DNA of 49,175 nucleotides, filler included, from Jimgerdemannia flammicorona (taxonomy: Eukaryota), in the NCBI GenBank assembly GCA_003990765.1. It is 2 parts of 2 records of this genome, joined end to end, with 100 filler letters (N's around TTAATTAATTAA, not from the genome) between each part and the next. Parts side by side here need not be neighbours in the genome. Positions count along the whole stretch, not along the records: positions 24,639 to 49,175 come from RBNJ01000963.1; 1 more part is not named here. One strand, written 5' to 3'. The notes under the pieces are model-generated. The model had not been told where the DNA came from. It ran no database searches and was given only the letters and a program-made list of their open reading frames with translations. Positions within the stretch are counted from its first letter, which is position 1. The number at the start of each line of letters is the position of its first letter. The position numbers and the translations under genes were made by a program. Below, one piece after another: positions 35,999 through 47,781 of the stretch.

Positions 35999-37423
35999 TA
36001 TTATAAAAAGAAAGATATCTTATTAAAGTTACATAGGTCATATATTTTATATATCACTGATGAATGACATAAATCTGATAGAATGGTATAAGTCACATAT
36101 TGATATATTGAGTTGTCATCACAATACTCCCACTCAATGAGATATATAATCTCAAAAAAAAAAAAATACAAACTAGAATAAAAATAATATAACATATATA
36201 AAAACTAGAACTGCATATAACTCAAAATTACTATTATAAAATTCTATATTTAAGGAATTTTTACAGATTGAAAAGTATTCTGAAATTATCCAAAATATCT
36301 ATAAAATCTACTTATAGATGGAAGATATAGTAAGAATGTAAAATATAGATATAAATAATATAAATACAATAAGAGAGGCTTTTGAGAGTCTGAAAAATAT
36401 CCTATAAATAACTGTTAGATTGATATATTCCTCATAAGACCTATTTCTTGAATGTATAGCTCAAAATTCAGCTTTAAAAGGACTTTTATAAATGAATTAG
36501 TGATCATATACTCTGTAGAGATATATTCTAAGTATAAAGTATTATTTTCTATACATTTCTATATAAAATGATATTATATATTAATATATTTCATTTTACT
36601 ATAATGTACAGAGTTCTTGGTAAGTGCAATTGTAAACTAGTTATTCTGATATAGCATAGTACTCTGTTTTTGAGTAAATCTAAGTTCTTTTAATAGTTTG
36701 TAGAGCCAAATAGTTTCCTTTATTATTAATAATAATGCCTAGTACTCTACCTATATTGATGATATTATTATAGATGATTACTTGTATATTTGCTATGATA
36801 TGATAGACTCTTGGTCACTAATGTGAAAGAGATACCCAGTCATAAATCAGTAGTTATCCAGATTACCTGTCCAATTAGTATTATATATATTAGATAGTTG
36901 AATGGTATTGTTATTACTCCTACTCAATCTGCTAAGATTGAGTATATAGTATATCATACTCTTAAGATATCTGAGAATTCTTTTAATAGTGCTTCAATAT
37001 ATATTATTATAGTAGGAGGAATATTGTGCCCCCTTATTCATAGTATATAATATATCAGACTTTATTCCTAGTATGAGATATATAAGAGAATCAACTATTT
37101 GCTAATATGGTATATCTTTGGTATTGTTTTTAGCTAGTATACTGTCATTATTCTCAAAAGTAGTATCTAGCTTTCTTAACTTTACAGAAGTATCTATAGA
37201 AGTACCATTTATTAATATTGAAATATTTGAGAATTGTTTGAGTATATATCACTTGCAAGAGGTACATATATAACATATATATTTCTATCATATATGATAG
37301 ATATTCCCAAAAGGAAGAATATATTACTCATATTTATTATTTTGAATTCTCAGCATAGGGCTTCTTTAACTTCATTAAGCCTATTCTTACTAGTAATAAT
37401 AATTATATTATCAATCTAGATAC

Positions 37424-38711
37424 TGTAACAAATCAAGACATACTACCCAAATTATACCTTAGCCAGATAATATGAACAATTAGCCAAGATGATGTAAATA
37501 CATAGTATAGTAACTGACAACCATTGCTGTAGAAAACCATATAAATAGCCAGACATATCAGAATGGGTCTGTTTATCTGTACAGACTCTGTACACTGTAC
37601 AGACTACTGTATAGATTCTGTACACTATACAGACTCTATATATCTACCATAAGTAGCAAACTTATAATTAGCTATATAGCAACTAGATAGCAACCAACTT
37701 ATATAAATTACTCCAGAGACAAGAGTGAATAAACCTCAGTCCAAAAGTTGAATACAAACTAAAGCAAAAGTCAATTGTCTGGTACACTTAGGAGAAATAT
37801 CTGCCAAAAGCCACTTGATCTAGAAAGAATTGCAATACTTAGGAGATACACCTGCCAATGAGCTACTGCCAAGAAGTTATGAGCTTGGTTCTCTTCTCTT
37901 CCACTCCAGTCCACTTTCTAATATAAAGAACAAGTCTGTTTTTAGTTCACTTGCCAGATAAGCCTGAAGATTTGTTGCTCAAGTTCAAGGAAGAACTTCA
38001 CCACCATTTCTCAGAAGACTGCTAATTCAGGAAGAATCCACATTATCCACCATTTTTGAGTTATCCACATTTTCAGAGAACCCATGCCATCTAAGTAGTA
38101 TTTCCAGTTGAAGTCAAACCTGCAACATCTGAGTTATCTGAGTTATCCAAATTATCCACTGTCAAGTTATTCATTATTCCCAGTGAGTCCGAGAAGAACT
38201 TGCAACCAGTATAATTCCCAGCAAACCATCCCAGGAAGAACTCACACTATCCTCTATTTCCAGTGAGCCAAATTGAGTTATCTGCCAGAAATCGCATACT
38301 TTTGGAGATCATCACACTATACAGAGATCGCCCATCACTCAAGAAGGAGAACTGCTAAATTGCTAGACCATTATACAGAGATCATTACACTATACAAATT
38401 GTAGTATTCTCAGTTGACCCAAATAAGAAACTTGTTGTGCTATATATGAATTCTACCAATTTCCAGTTGATCCAAGAAGGAAATCCATTTACACCCAAAT
38501 CACCCCTATATCCAGAGAACCATCCCAATTAGAAAATCAACATACAAATCACTTGCAGATATCTAACTTTGACTATTATACCACTAAACACCAAGGACCT
38601 CAGAAATCTTAAAATATTTTATTGCTTTTGGACAAAGTAACTGAGGGCTCAAGCCAAACTACATCAACCCCCAACCTTGTAATTTGCCTCCATTGAGCTA
38701 GGTATATTACA
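37424..38711 (+). repeat. Gypsy-2 5' LTR
   Basis: Seen: direct repeat of 46279-47571; internal TGTACAGACTC tandem repeats. Confidence 0.95.
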
Positions 38712-38949
38712 TTTGAGGACTCAACTGGGAACATTTCAAAATTGATGTGACTTTTCAGCTCACAAGAACTCATAGTCAAACTGGATACATTTGATACAAT
38801 ACCAACCTCTACTACTACAGGAGAACCAGTTATCACCAGCATCTGGACAGAAAGAGAAGTAATTACATCAAGACTTACCAACTACCCAGCATCAGAAGAT
38901 TCCCAACCAGAAGGCAGTACAGCCTGAAATCTTCAATCAGATCAATCAG

Positions 38950-41900
38950 ACAATATAGGCAGCCCTGCTAAAGATTTCAAAGAACTTGTACAAAAACTAG
39001 AAGATTTTATCACATGAACCCAAGACCTTACAACTAGATACCCCATATCAGTTCCACTAATCTCACCAATAGAATCTTTACCACAACCCCTTGCAGAGTT
39101 AGAAGTAGCTCCTATAAGAATACTTAGGCTTATTCTACTTTGTCTGAGGTCCAGAACACCATCCTCAAGATACCCAAGCACCCACATCTCCAGTGACAAT
39201 TCAGAAAGTGAATCAGAATCAGAGTCCAAACCAGAACTAGAATCAGAAGAAAGTGATGATGAAATAGCCACCTTACTGCCAACCTTTGCAGAATACCCAG
39301 AGGAAGACTCCAGAGAATTTCTTGATAGAATTGAAGGAATTGCAGCCTTGAGGAATCTCTCAGATGAAAGAAAAATCACCATCTATAAGGCTCAGCTTAG
39401 AGAACCAGCTAGAGGAATTTTCCATTGAATAGTAAATAACCCAGATTCAGAACTAGTGAGACAGATATAAGCAGCAATGCCTTATGAGCTAGAATATGAG
39501 GCCATGGTCCACTGGCTTATTGAAAAGTATGCAGGAAATGAAACCCACCATAAGGCTCAAGAATCCATCATGGGGATGAAGATAAATCTCAGAGAATCAC
39601 TCAGAGCCTTCTTCACAAGAATTCAGAAGAGAATACATGCTGCCAGGTTCAATGCCACCAACCAGGACATCATAGGTCCAATGACCTTCATGAATGGAAT
39701 TCCCCCAAACATTGTCCAGTATATCCACACCCTAGGTATTAAAAGGTCCAAAGAGCAAGTGGATATAGCCCAAGGATTCTTCGATGTCAGACAAGGAACT
39801 ACCTAGAGTGATCATGATAAGAAAAAAGATAAAGAAGACATCCTGGTCAAAGCCCTACAAGGACTCCTTCAAGGACAAGAAAGATCTGAAGAAAGAAGGC
39901 CAGCCAAGAAAGGAAAGAAGGACAGAAGTGAAATCTAAGACCTTAGCTCCAAGTTGGACCAATTGGTTGGATAGATTGAAAAACTCACTACACACAAAAA
40001 TTGGGGCTACCAAGATAACAGAGGATACCCATTACAGAGGAGCCAAGGTTATCCACCAAGAGATAACAGAAATTATCAGCAAGAAGAAAGAAGATATCCA
40101 GTCCAAGACAGAGCCCAAGTCCAATGCTTTCACTGTAGACAATTCAGGTACTATGCTACTGAATGTGACAACAAAAGAAGTAACCAAAGGAACTCAGAAT
40201 CATCAAACCAAAGGAATGACACCCAGTACAAGAAGACTGAAGCCCATCCTGTTAAATATTTTGAGGAAGTAAGTAACAGTGAAGACTACAGTGACCTAGA
40301 CTTACATATACCCTACTAAGGTCACTACCCAGAAAACAGTCTATCCAGTGGAGAAAAGAAAGAGATCTGTAGGAAGACCATCCAGGAATGTCAGCAGAAG
40401 AGTTATCCAAGAGGAAGATGAAGAACATGAGGAAGAACAAGTAGAAACACCTCTCCAAACTCCCTCACCTTTTGTCCCTGAGACAAATAAGTTGCCACCA
40501 GAAGATGAAGAAATGGAACAAGAAGAACAGGAACCTGCTGCCCCAAAGTCAAAGAAGAAATACACTCTGAAGACTATGCCTAGAGACATTTACAATGAAG
40601 CCTGGCAGAAGATTCAAGAAGCCAAGATGAAAGTTCCTCTCCTGCAGTTCCTGTAACTAATACCAGCTGGAGTCCAAAACAAATTATTGAGAACAACCAG
40701 GTCCAGCACTGGCCAAGTTCCAATCCAGCAAGAACCAGTTCCCATCTCTGTCCAAGCAGCCAAAAGGTATGTCAGCACCTATCTATATAGAGATATTGGA
40801 GGACAAAAGGTGAAGATCCTCATAGATACAGGAGCAGCTATCTGTGTCATTGCCAAGTGATTCTTGGACACCCTCCAATGGCCCATTGATGGACCATCCA
40901 ACCTCAGTATCATAGTAGCAGATAGAGCCCAAACTCAACCCTTTGGAGAAGTATGAAATATCACCATCTCTCTTGGATACATTCAGTTCTCTATCCCCAA
41001 AGCTGTTGACACAGGAGCTATCACCTATGACATAATTCTTAGCACCAACTGGATAAAGGAAATGAATACAGTTGTTGATATCAGTCAACAAGTACTCAAG
41101 TTTGACTACTAAGGCAAGAAGTACAGAGTTAAGATGACCAGCTATGAGCAATCAATGAAGAAGAAGAAGGTCACTATTCAGGAGGAATATGCCAGCAGTG
41201 AAGAATCTACTACAGAGGAAGAAGAAGAATCTGAAGATGAAAATGATTCCAGACTCAATCTTTGAATTAACCTGGTGGATGACAGACCAGAAGACAATGT
41301 GTGGGCCAAGAACACTATCCCCATCACCATTGGAGCTATTGCAGGGGAAATCAAAGGATGCTCTATCTGCCTCAAGAGACACAATTGTCCCAAGCATTTC
41401 TCCAAGATCATGGGAACAAGGAAATCACCTGGTACAGCCTGTCCAGAGTGCAGAAAAAAGAAGAAGAAATGCAGACATGTCCTAGAAACACCTGCAACCA
41501 AAGCTGCAGAGGTGCAAGCAATTTGGGGTCAAGAATTATCTAAAAAAGAAGAAACTTCTGACCAAGAAGTTCCTGAGCAAGAAGCACCCAAAGAAGAAGA
41601 GGTCCCCAAACTCATTCCCTGGGATAACCCTTGCTAGACACTATCTGAAGATAATGACTCTTGGAATATAGAAGAAGGACCCAGTACAATCACTGTTATC
41701 CCAAAGAAAGAAACTCACCAAGAAAAGGCTTTTAGGCTAGAAAGATGTCCACACTAAATGGTCTTTCACTCTCCTCAAGACTACTGCTATCAGTACCATT
41801 TACTAGACCAATAGGAGAGATAGAGACCCCAGAGACCAGAACCCTCAAATATACTTATACAGTTAACTACCTTCCAAGAAGTTACCACTAAGTTGCAAAG

Positions 41901-44663
41901 CTGATTCAGGGGACAAGGCTTCTTCACCCAGACAGAAATATATCCCTTGTCTACTCTTCCACCCACTTATGACTAAGATGAGTACCAATTCCCAAAACAA
42001 TAAGAGATCAATAACTGGGAACATTACTTCTGAGCAATGGGATATTGCAACCATGGAAGACACCCAGACTGCCAAGACTGCAGGCATCAGAAGATCTATC
42101 TCAGTTATGATGTTGTAGTTCACACCTTGAAGAGAGAAGATAACTAAAGCTAGATCTAAAAAAGTCAGACCAAAAAGCCAGGAAGGAGGACCCTCAAGAT
42201 CTATGATTTAGGAGAAGATATCCTAACCCTCATCAGATATGCAATCCACCAAGGATGGGCAGAAGATGCCACCAACTTCATGGAAACCCTTGACCCTATA
42301 GAAAGAAGGGGAATCAACTATCTCCAAGACCCCTCTACTGGAGCTAGATGGCCACACCTCAACCTTAGAGCTTGGAGGCTCTCCACTAGTGGAGCTTCAG
42401 CCTTAGGAAAGCCTGAACTCAGTAAGGACATTGCCCAGTATGCCCTGCTGCACCCCAAGGCCAAACCCCTGACCAAAGCCCACCCAGAGGATGTAGGATA
42501 TGATCTTCACAGTCTGGAGGATGAATTCATCAAGCCTGGAAAGACCTTTATGATCAGAACTGGACAAGCCATGCAGCCACCTCAAGGAACTTACATACAA
42601 CTGACCTCAAGGTCTGGATTGGCCAGACAAGGAATAACTGTGGAAGGAGGAACCATTGACCCAGGATATATAGGTGAAATCAAGGTTATCCTATACAACA
42701 GCAGTACAGAATGGCACCAAATCATTAGAGGACAGAAGATTGCCCAAGCAGTCTTCATGAAGGTCAAGACCCCACAGTTACAAGAAGTCTCTGAACTAAC
42801 TGAAGGAACAAGATAAGCCAAGGGATTTGGAAGTTCAGACAGGAAGAAAGTACATCTCCTTCAAGTCAACCACCTCAAGAGGAATATTCCCCAGCAAGTG
42901 TACTGGCAACCAGTCAGACTACACAAGAATCTCATCCTGAAGTCTAGAGAACAAACTACCTTCAAAATCTTTGCACCACCTGACCCCAGAAATCTTTTCT
43001 TCAAACCCAAGGAAGATATCCCACACCTGGATATAGAGGGACATACATTCCCTGACAAGATGAATCCAGTATACTCCTGAGCAACCAACCAAAGTTGGGA
43101 GACCATCATCTTGCCAAAAGGAACCATCATAGGACATCTGATGCCTTTTCTCAACTGAACTCATAGAGAAGTTTATGAACTAAACCTATCAGGAAATGAC
43201 AAAAGGTCCCAGAAGAAAGGTAAGGCCCCTCTGCGACCCAGGAGACAGTGAAGCCTTCCACCAATATTGGAGAAGAATTGACACCTCAACAATAGCAACA
43301 ACTAGTAGAACTTCTCAACAAATATCAAGATATCTTCACCACTGATTATGGCAACCTGCCATACAACCCATTATATCACTACAGCATAAATACAGGAAAT
43401 GCAACACCCATCCAGCAGAAGCCCTATAGAATACCCCATCACTTGAAAACATTTGAAAAGGAGTACATTCAAGAACTTTTAGACAATGAAGTCATCCGAC
43501 CCTTTACCAGCCCTTGGACCAGCCCTATACTTATTGTATCAAAGAAAGGAGGATAGAGACTTTGTGTAGATTACAGGAAACTCAATTCAGTCACTGAAAA
43601 GGATGCCTACCCTTTGCCCAGAATTGATGACCTTTTGGACCAGTTACAAGGTGTCAGATACTTCAGCAGTATGGACCTCTTTACAGAATTCCATGAGATC
43701 CCCATAGACTCCAAGGACATTTAAAAGACAGCCTTCCTTGCTCTGGGAAAACTATTTGAATACCTCCAAATGCCCTATGGACTCTGCAATACACTCTCCA
43801 CCTTTCAGAGGATGATGAATTCGGTCTATGCCCTCTTGATCTACCACTGTCTGATTGTATATATGGATGATTCCAACATCTATTCAGCAAATTTTGAAGA
43901 ACACCTACACTATCTAGAGGAATTCTTCAAGCTCACCTGCAAGAACCACTTGAGATTGGATGCAAAGAAATGCTACTTTGGGAAACAGAATCTTGAATTC
44001 CTTGGATTCATAGTTTCAAAAGAAGGAACCCATGCAGACCCAAAGAAAACTGAGAAGATCAACAATTGGCCAATACCCAAGACTCCAAAGGAAATACTAT
44101 CATTTCTGATGCTAGTATCCTACTATAGAAGGTTTATCAAGGACTTTGTCCAAATCGCTGCCCCAATCCAAATCCTTCTCAAGAAAGGAGTACCATTTAA
44201 GTAGACGAAATTACAAGAAACAGCCTTCTAAGAACTCAAGAACTGCATGACTATAGCACTAATTCTTATGTGCCCCAATCTACAGAAGCCATTCATCTTA
44301 TATATAGATGCTTCCAAAGATGGCCTTGGAGCAGTTCTAGCCCAAGAAGGACCTAACCAACAACACTATGTGATAGCTTATATAAGTAGAGCTACCAATC
44401 AGCAGTAGATGAATTATGGTAGCACCAAACTGGAGTGTCTTGCAGTCATATGAGCAGTCACCCTGTTAAAGCATTACCTCATTAGAAAAAGGTTCACTCT
44501 GATCACAGACCATGTAGCTCTCAAATGGCTATTCAATCACAAGGAACCCACTAGAATCCTAGTCTGCTGGATCCTTATTCTTCAGGATTACAAAATCACC
44601 ATCATCCACAAAGCAGAGAAAGCTCACAACAATGTTGATGTACTTTTCCACCAGCCCCAATAA
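38950..44663 (+). pseudogene. gag-pol: Gypsy-2 Gag-Pol (capsid, knuckle, protease, Cys-rich spacer, dUTPase, RT, RNaseH)
   Basis: Seen: LPTFAEYPEEDSREFLDRIE, CFHCRQFRYYATEC, ILIDTGA, LCVDYRKLN, MPYGLCN, YMDD, YIDASKDGLGAVL, HNNVDVLFHQPQ*. Start position approximate. Confidence 0.92.
42435..42840 (+). CDS. dut: dUTPase domain within Gypsy-2 Pol (one stop near motif V)
   Basis: Seen: DVGYDL, SRSGLA, GGTIDPGYIGEI, GQKIAQAV, R*AKGFGSS. Confidence 0.92.
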
Positions 44664-45727
44664 ATCAGAGGAAGGGTGTCTCAAGGAACTATACTCTAAA
44701 GGAAGTCCCTGTGACCATCAAGGAATAAGAAGATCTCATCTGACAAGAACACCAGAAGGCCCACCAAGGACAGACGAATGTAGAAGAGAAGCTGTGAACA
44801 ATATACCAACATTGGTCCAACCTTAGAACACAAGTCCAAGATATCATTCAGAAATGTGACATCTGCCAGAAGTATCAAGGGAAGAAGAACTATCAAGCCC
44901 CTCTGCAACCAATTCCCCCACCTACTCACATCTTTCAAAGATGGGGAATAGATGTAATTGGACCTCTACCAGTTACACCAAGAAGAAATAAATACATTCT
45001 TATATTTGTGGAACATCTGACCAAATGGCCTGAGGCCTTTCCAATGGAAATTTCAGATGCCTTAACCATTGTAGGTCTCCTCCATGAACTCACACTCCAA
45101 TATGGACCCCCAGAAGAACTCATCTCTGACCGAGGCACAGAATTTATCAACAATATAATCATAAGTTATGCTTGAATTCACAAGATCCACCTCAAATAAA
45201 CCACATCATATTACCCTCAAACCAATAGTATGACAGAAAGAATGAACCAGACCATCAAGAAAGAACTTGCCCGAGTCAATCCTACCAACTGGGACCTCTG
45301 CTTACCTGAGATCCTATGGGAAATTTGGAATACCCCTGCTGTCTCCACCAAACAAAAGCCATTCAAAATAATGTTTGACAAGAAAACCAGAACTGCTGAC
45401 CATGAGAATCTTGGAGATCTCTTCAAGAAGGTGGAACAGTTATGTAATCAAGCCCAAGATCAGATTATCAAAGCCTAAGAAAGACAAAAGAAGTACTATA
45501 ACCAAAAACAGAAGGATTAGAAGATTAAGATTGGAGATCAAGTACTAGTATGGAGAAGTATAATTGAAATAAATTTTGCTGCCAAACTGGAACCCAAATG
45601 GAAAGGACCTTATCTTGTACATAATATCAGAGGAACCAGCATCTATTTAAGAAGTATGGATAGATGAACCCTGAGAACACCAGTACATATTAATCATCTC
45701 AAACTATACTTTCCCTCTACACCATGA
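44660..45727 (+). pseudogene. Gypsy-2 integrase in its own frame
   Basis: Seen: one frame from 44660 to the stop at 45725-45727; HQKAH...CDIC, WGIDVIGPLP, ISDRGTEF, TERMNQTIK, KLEPKWKGPY; no chromodomain seen. Confidence 0.9.
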
Positions 45728-46239
45728 GTTAAAGGATTGATCAGTGCCTCCAGACATTAGTCCTCAGCTCCTTCCAAGCCCTGCTAGTTCCTCTACTCCA
45801 ATTTGGCCAAGCTAATGGAAACCCCCTTCAGAGCATCCAAGTTCATCAAGAAAATCTCACCCTGGCCAGGTGCCTACTACAAATCCACCAACTGCAGGCC
45901 TATTATGCAATTGGTGAACAATTGCAGAACCTTCCAGCTCTAGAGCAGACCTACATCAGGAACACCACCAGTCTGACCAGAAGAGACACTACCACTGCAG
46001 ACAGACTATACACCATTTACAAACAAAATATCACAGCTCTGACACAGACACAGTTCTCCCTGAATGACATTCAAGGAATGAATCCTACTACCTATTTGAG
46101 TCTCATCAATATTGTCGAAATCCTATTCCCTGAAGAAGAAGAAGAGCTCATAGAATGGAGTGACCCTAGCACAGACAATGAAGATGATAGAATAGGTATA
46201 GATGCAGAAGCAGTCTATGCTTATTGGGATGATGACTGA
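45724..46239 (+). CDS. Gypsy-2 ORF3 (~171 codons, one early TAA), unknown function
   Basis: Seen: ATG at 45724 overlaps the integrase TGA; in frame with ORF 45922..46239; acidic tail; ends just before the PPT. Confidence 0.72.
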
Positions 46240-46278
46240 AGAACAGTCTGGGACAGACTATCCTTCAGTGGGGGCTGA

Positions 46279-47571
46279 TGTAACAAACCAAGACATACTA
46301 CCCAAATTATACCTTAGCCAGATGACACAAACAATTGGCCAAGATAACATGAATACATAGTATAATAACCAGCAATCATTGCTGCAGAAAACCATATAAA
46401 TAGCCAGACATATCAGAATGGGTCTGTTTACCTATACAGACTCTGTATACTGTACAGACTCTGTATACTATATAGGTCCTATACACTATACAGGCTCTGT
46501 ACACCTGCCATAAGTAGTAAACCTATAATTAGCCATATAGTAACTAGATAGCAACCAACTTGTATAAATTACCCCAGAGACAAGAGTGAATAAACCTCAG
46601 TCTAAAAGTTGAATACAAACTAAAGAAAAAGTCAATTGTCTGGTATACTTAGGAGAAATGTCTGCCAAAAGCCACTTGATCTAGGAAGGATTGAAACACT
46701 TAGGAGATACACCTGCCAATGAGCTACTGCCAAGAAGTTGTGAGCTTGGTTCTCTTCTCTTCCACTCTAGTCCACTTTCTGATACAAAGAATGAGTCCAT
46801 TTTTGGTTTGCTTGCCAGATAAGCCTGATGATTTGCTTCTCAAGTTTAAGGAAGAACTTTGCCACCATTTCCCAGAAGACTGCTGATTCAGGAAGAATCT
46901 GCATCATCTGCCATTTTTGAGTTACTGTATTTCCAGAGAACCTGTGCCATCTGAGTAGTATTCTCAGTTGAAGCTGAACCTGTAATATCTGAGTTATCTA
47001 AGTTATCCAAATTATCTGCTACCAAGTTATTTGTTGTTCCCAGTGAGCCCAAGAAGAACTCACCACCAGTATAATTTCCAGCAAACCATCTCAGGAAGAA
47101 CTCATGCCATCCTCTATTCCCAGTGAGCCAAATTGAGTTATCTGCCAGAAATCGCATACTTTTGGAGATCATTGTACTACACAGAGATTGCCCATCACTT
47201 AAGAAGAAGAACTGTTAAATTGCCAGACCATTACACAGAGATCATTGTGCTACACAAATTGTGGTATTCCCAGTTGACCCAAATAAGGAATCTGTCATGC
47301 TACACATGAATTCTACCAATTCCCAGTTGACCTAAGAAGGAAATCCATTTACACCCAAATCGCCACTACACCCAGAGAACCATCCCAATTAGGAAATTGA
47401 CATATAAATCACTCACAGATATCCAGCTTTGACTATTATATCACTAAACACCAAAGACCTCAGGAATCTTAGAATATTTTGTTGCTTTTTAACAAAGTAA
47501 CTAGAGGCTTAAGCCAAACTACATTAATCCCCAACTTTGTAATTTGCCTCCATTGAGTCAGACACATTACA
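46279..47571 (+). repeat. Gypsy-2 3' LTR
   Basis: Seen: direct repeat of 37424-38711. Confidence 0.95.
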
Positions 47572-47781
47572 ATATTGATGAAGACTATACTGTCATTATC
47601 ATAGTATGTATATACAATTATCTACTTTGCAACAGGTGAATTTATCATCAAGGAGATGTTTATTAATTCTTTATTTCATAATCACACTACTTGCTTAATA
47701 CTATATAATCCTTTATATAATTTGTATATAAGCTCACCTTTTTCATATCCTTATAGTTAATAGATATATAGTTTAGTACCA

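Larger units (their letters stand above)
37424..47571 (+). mobile_element. Full-length Ty3/Gypsy LTR retrotransposon Gypsy-2 with dUTPase, separate integrase ORF and ORF3
   Basis: Seen: LTRs 37424-38711 and 46279-47571 (TGTAAC...TTACA), TSD ATAC/ATAT, PPT AGTGGGGGCTGA before 46279. PBS TGAGGACTCAACTGGGA is inferred to be a decayed tRNA-Pro site (cf. TGGGGGCTCGTCCGGGA). Confidence 0.95.
35999..47781 (-). mobile_element. Ty1/Copia relic (same family as 3303-11255), interrupted by Gypsy-2 within RT and ending at a LINE
   Basis: Seen: LTR/PPT at ~36000-36137; RNaseH/RT at 36450-37423 and 47572-47781 are inverted homologues of 10420-10790 and 3760-4610. Confidence 0.85.

Noticed and set aside
45724..46239. 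ORF3 as an env gene or chromodomain
   Set aside because: No signal peptide, transmembrane helix, furin site or chromodomain aromatic-cage motif is visible.
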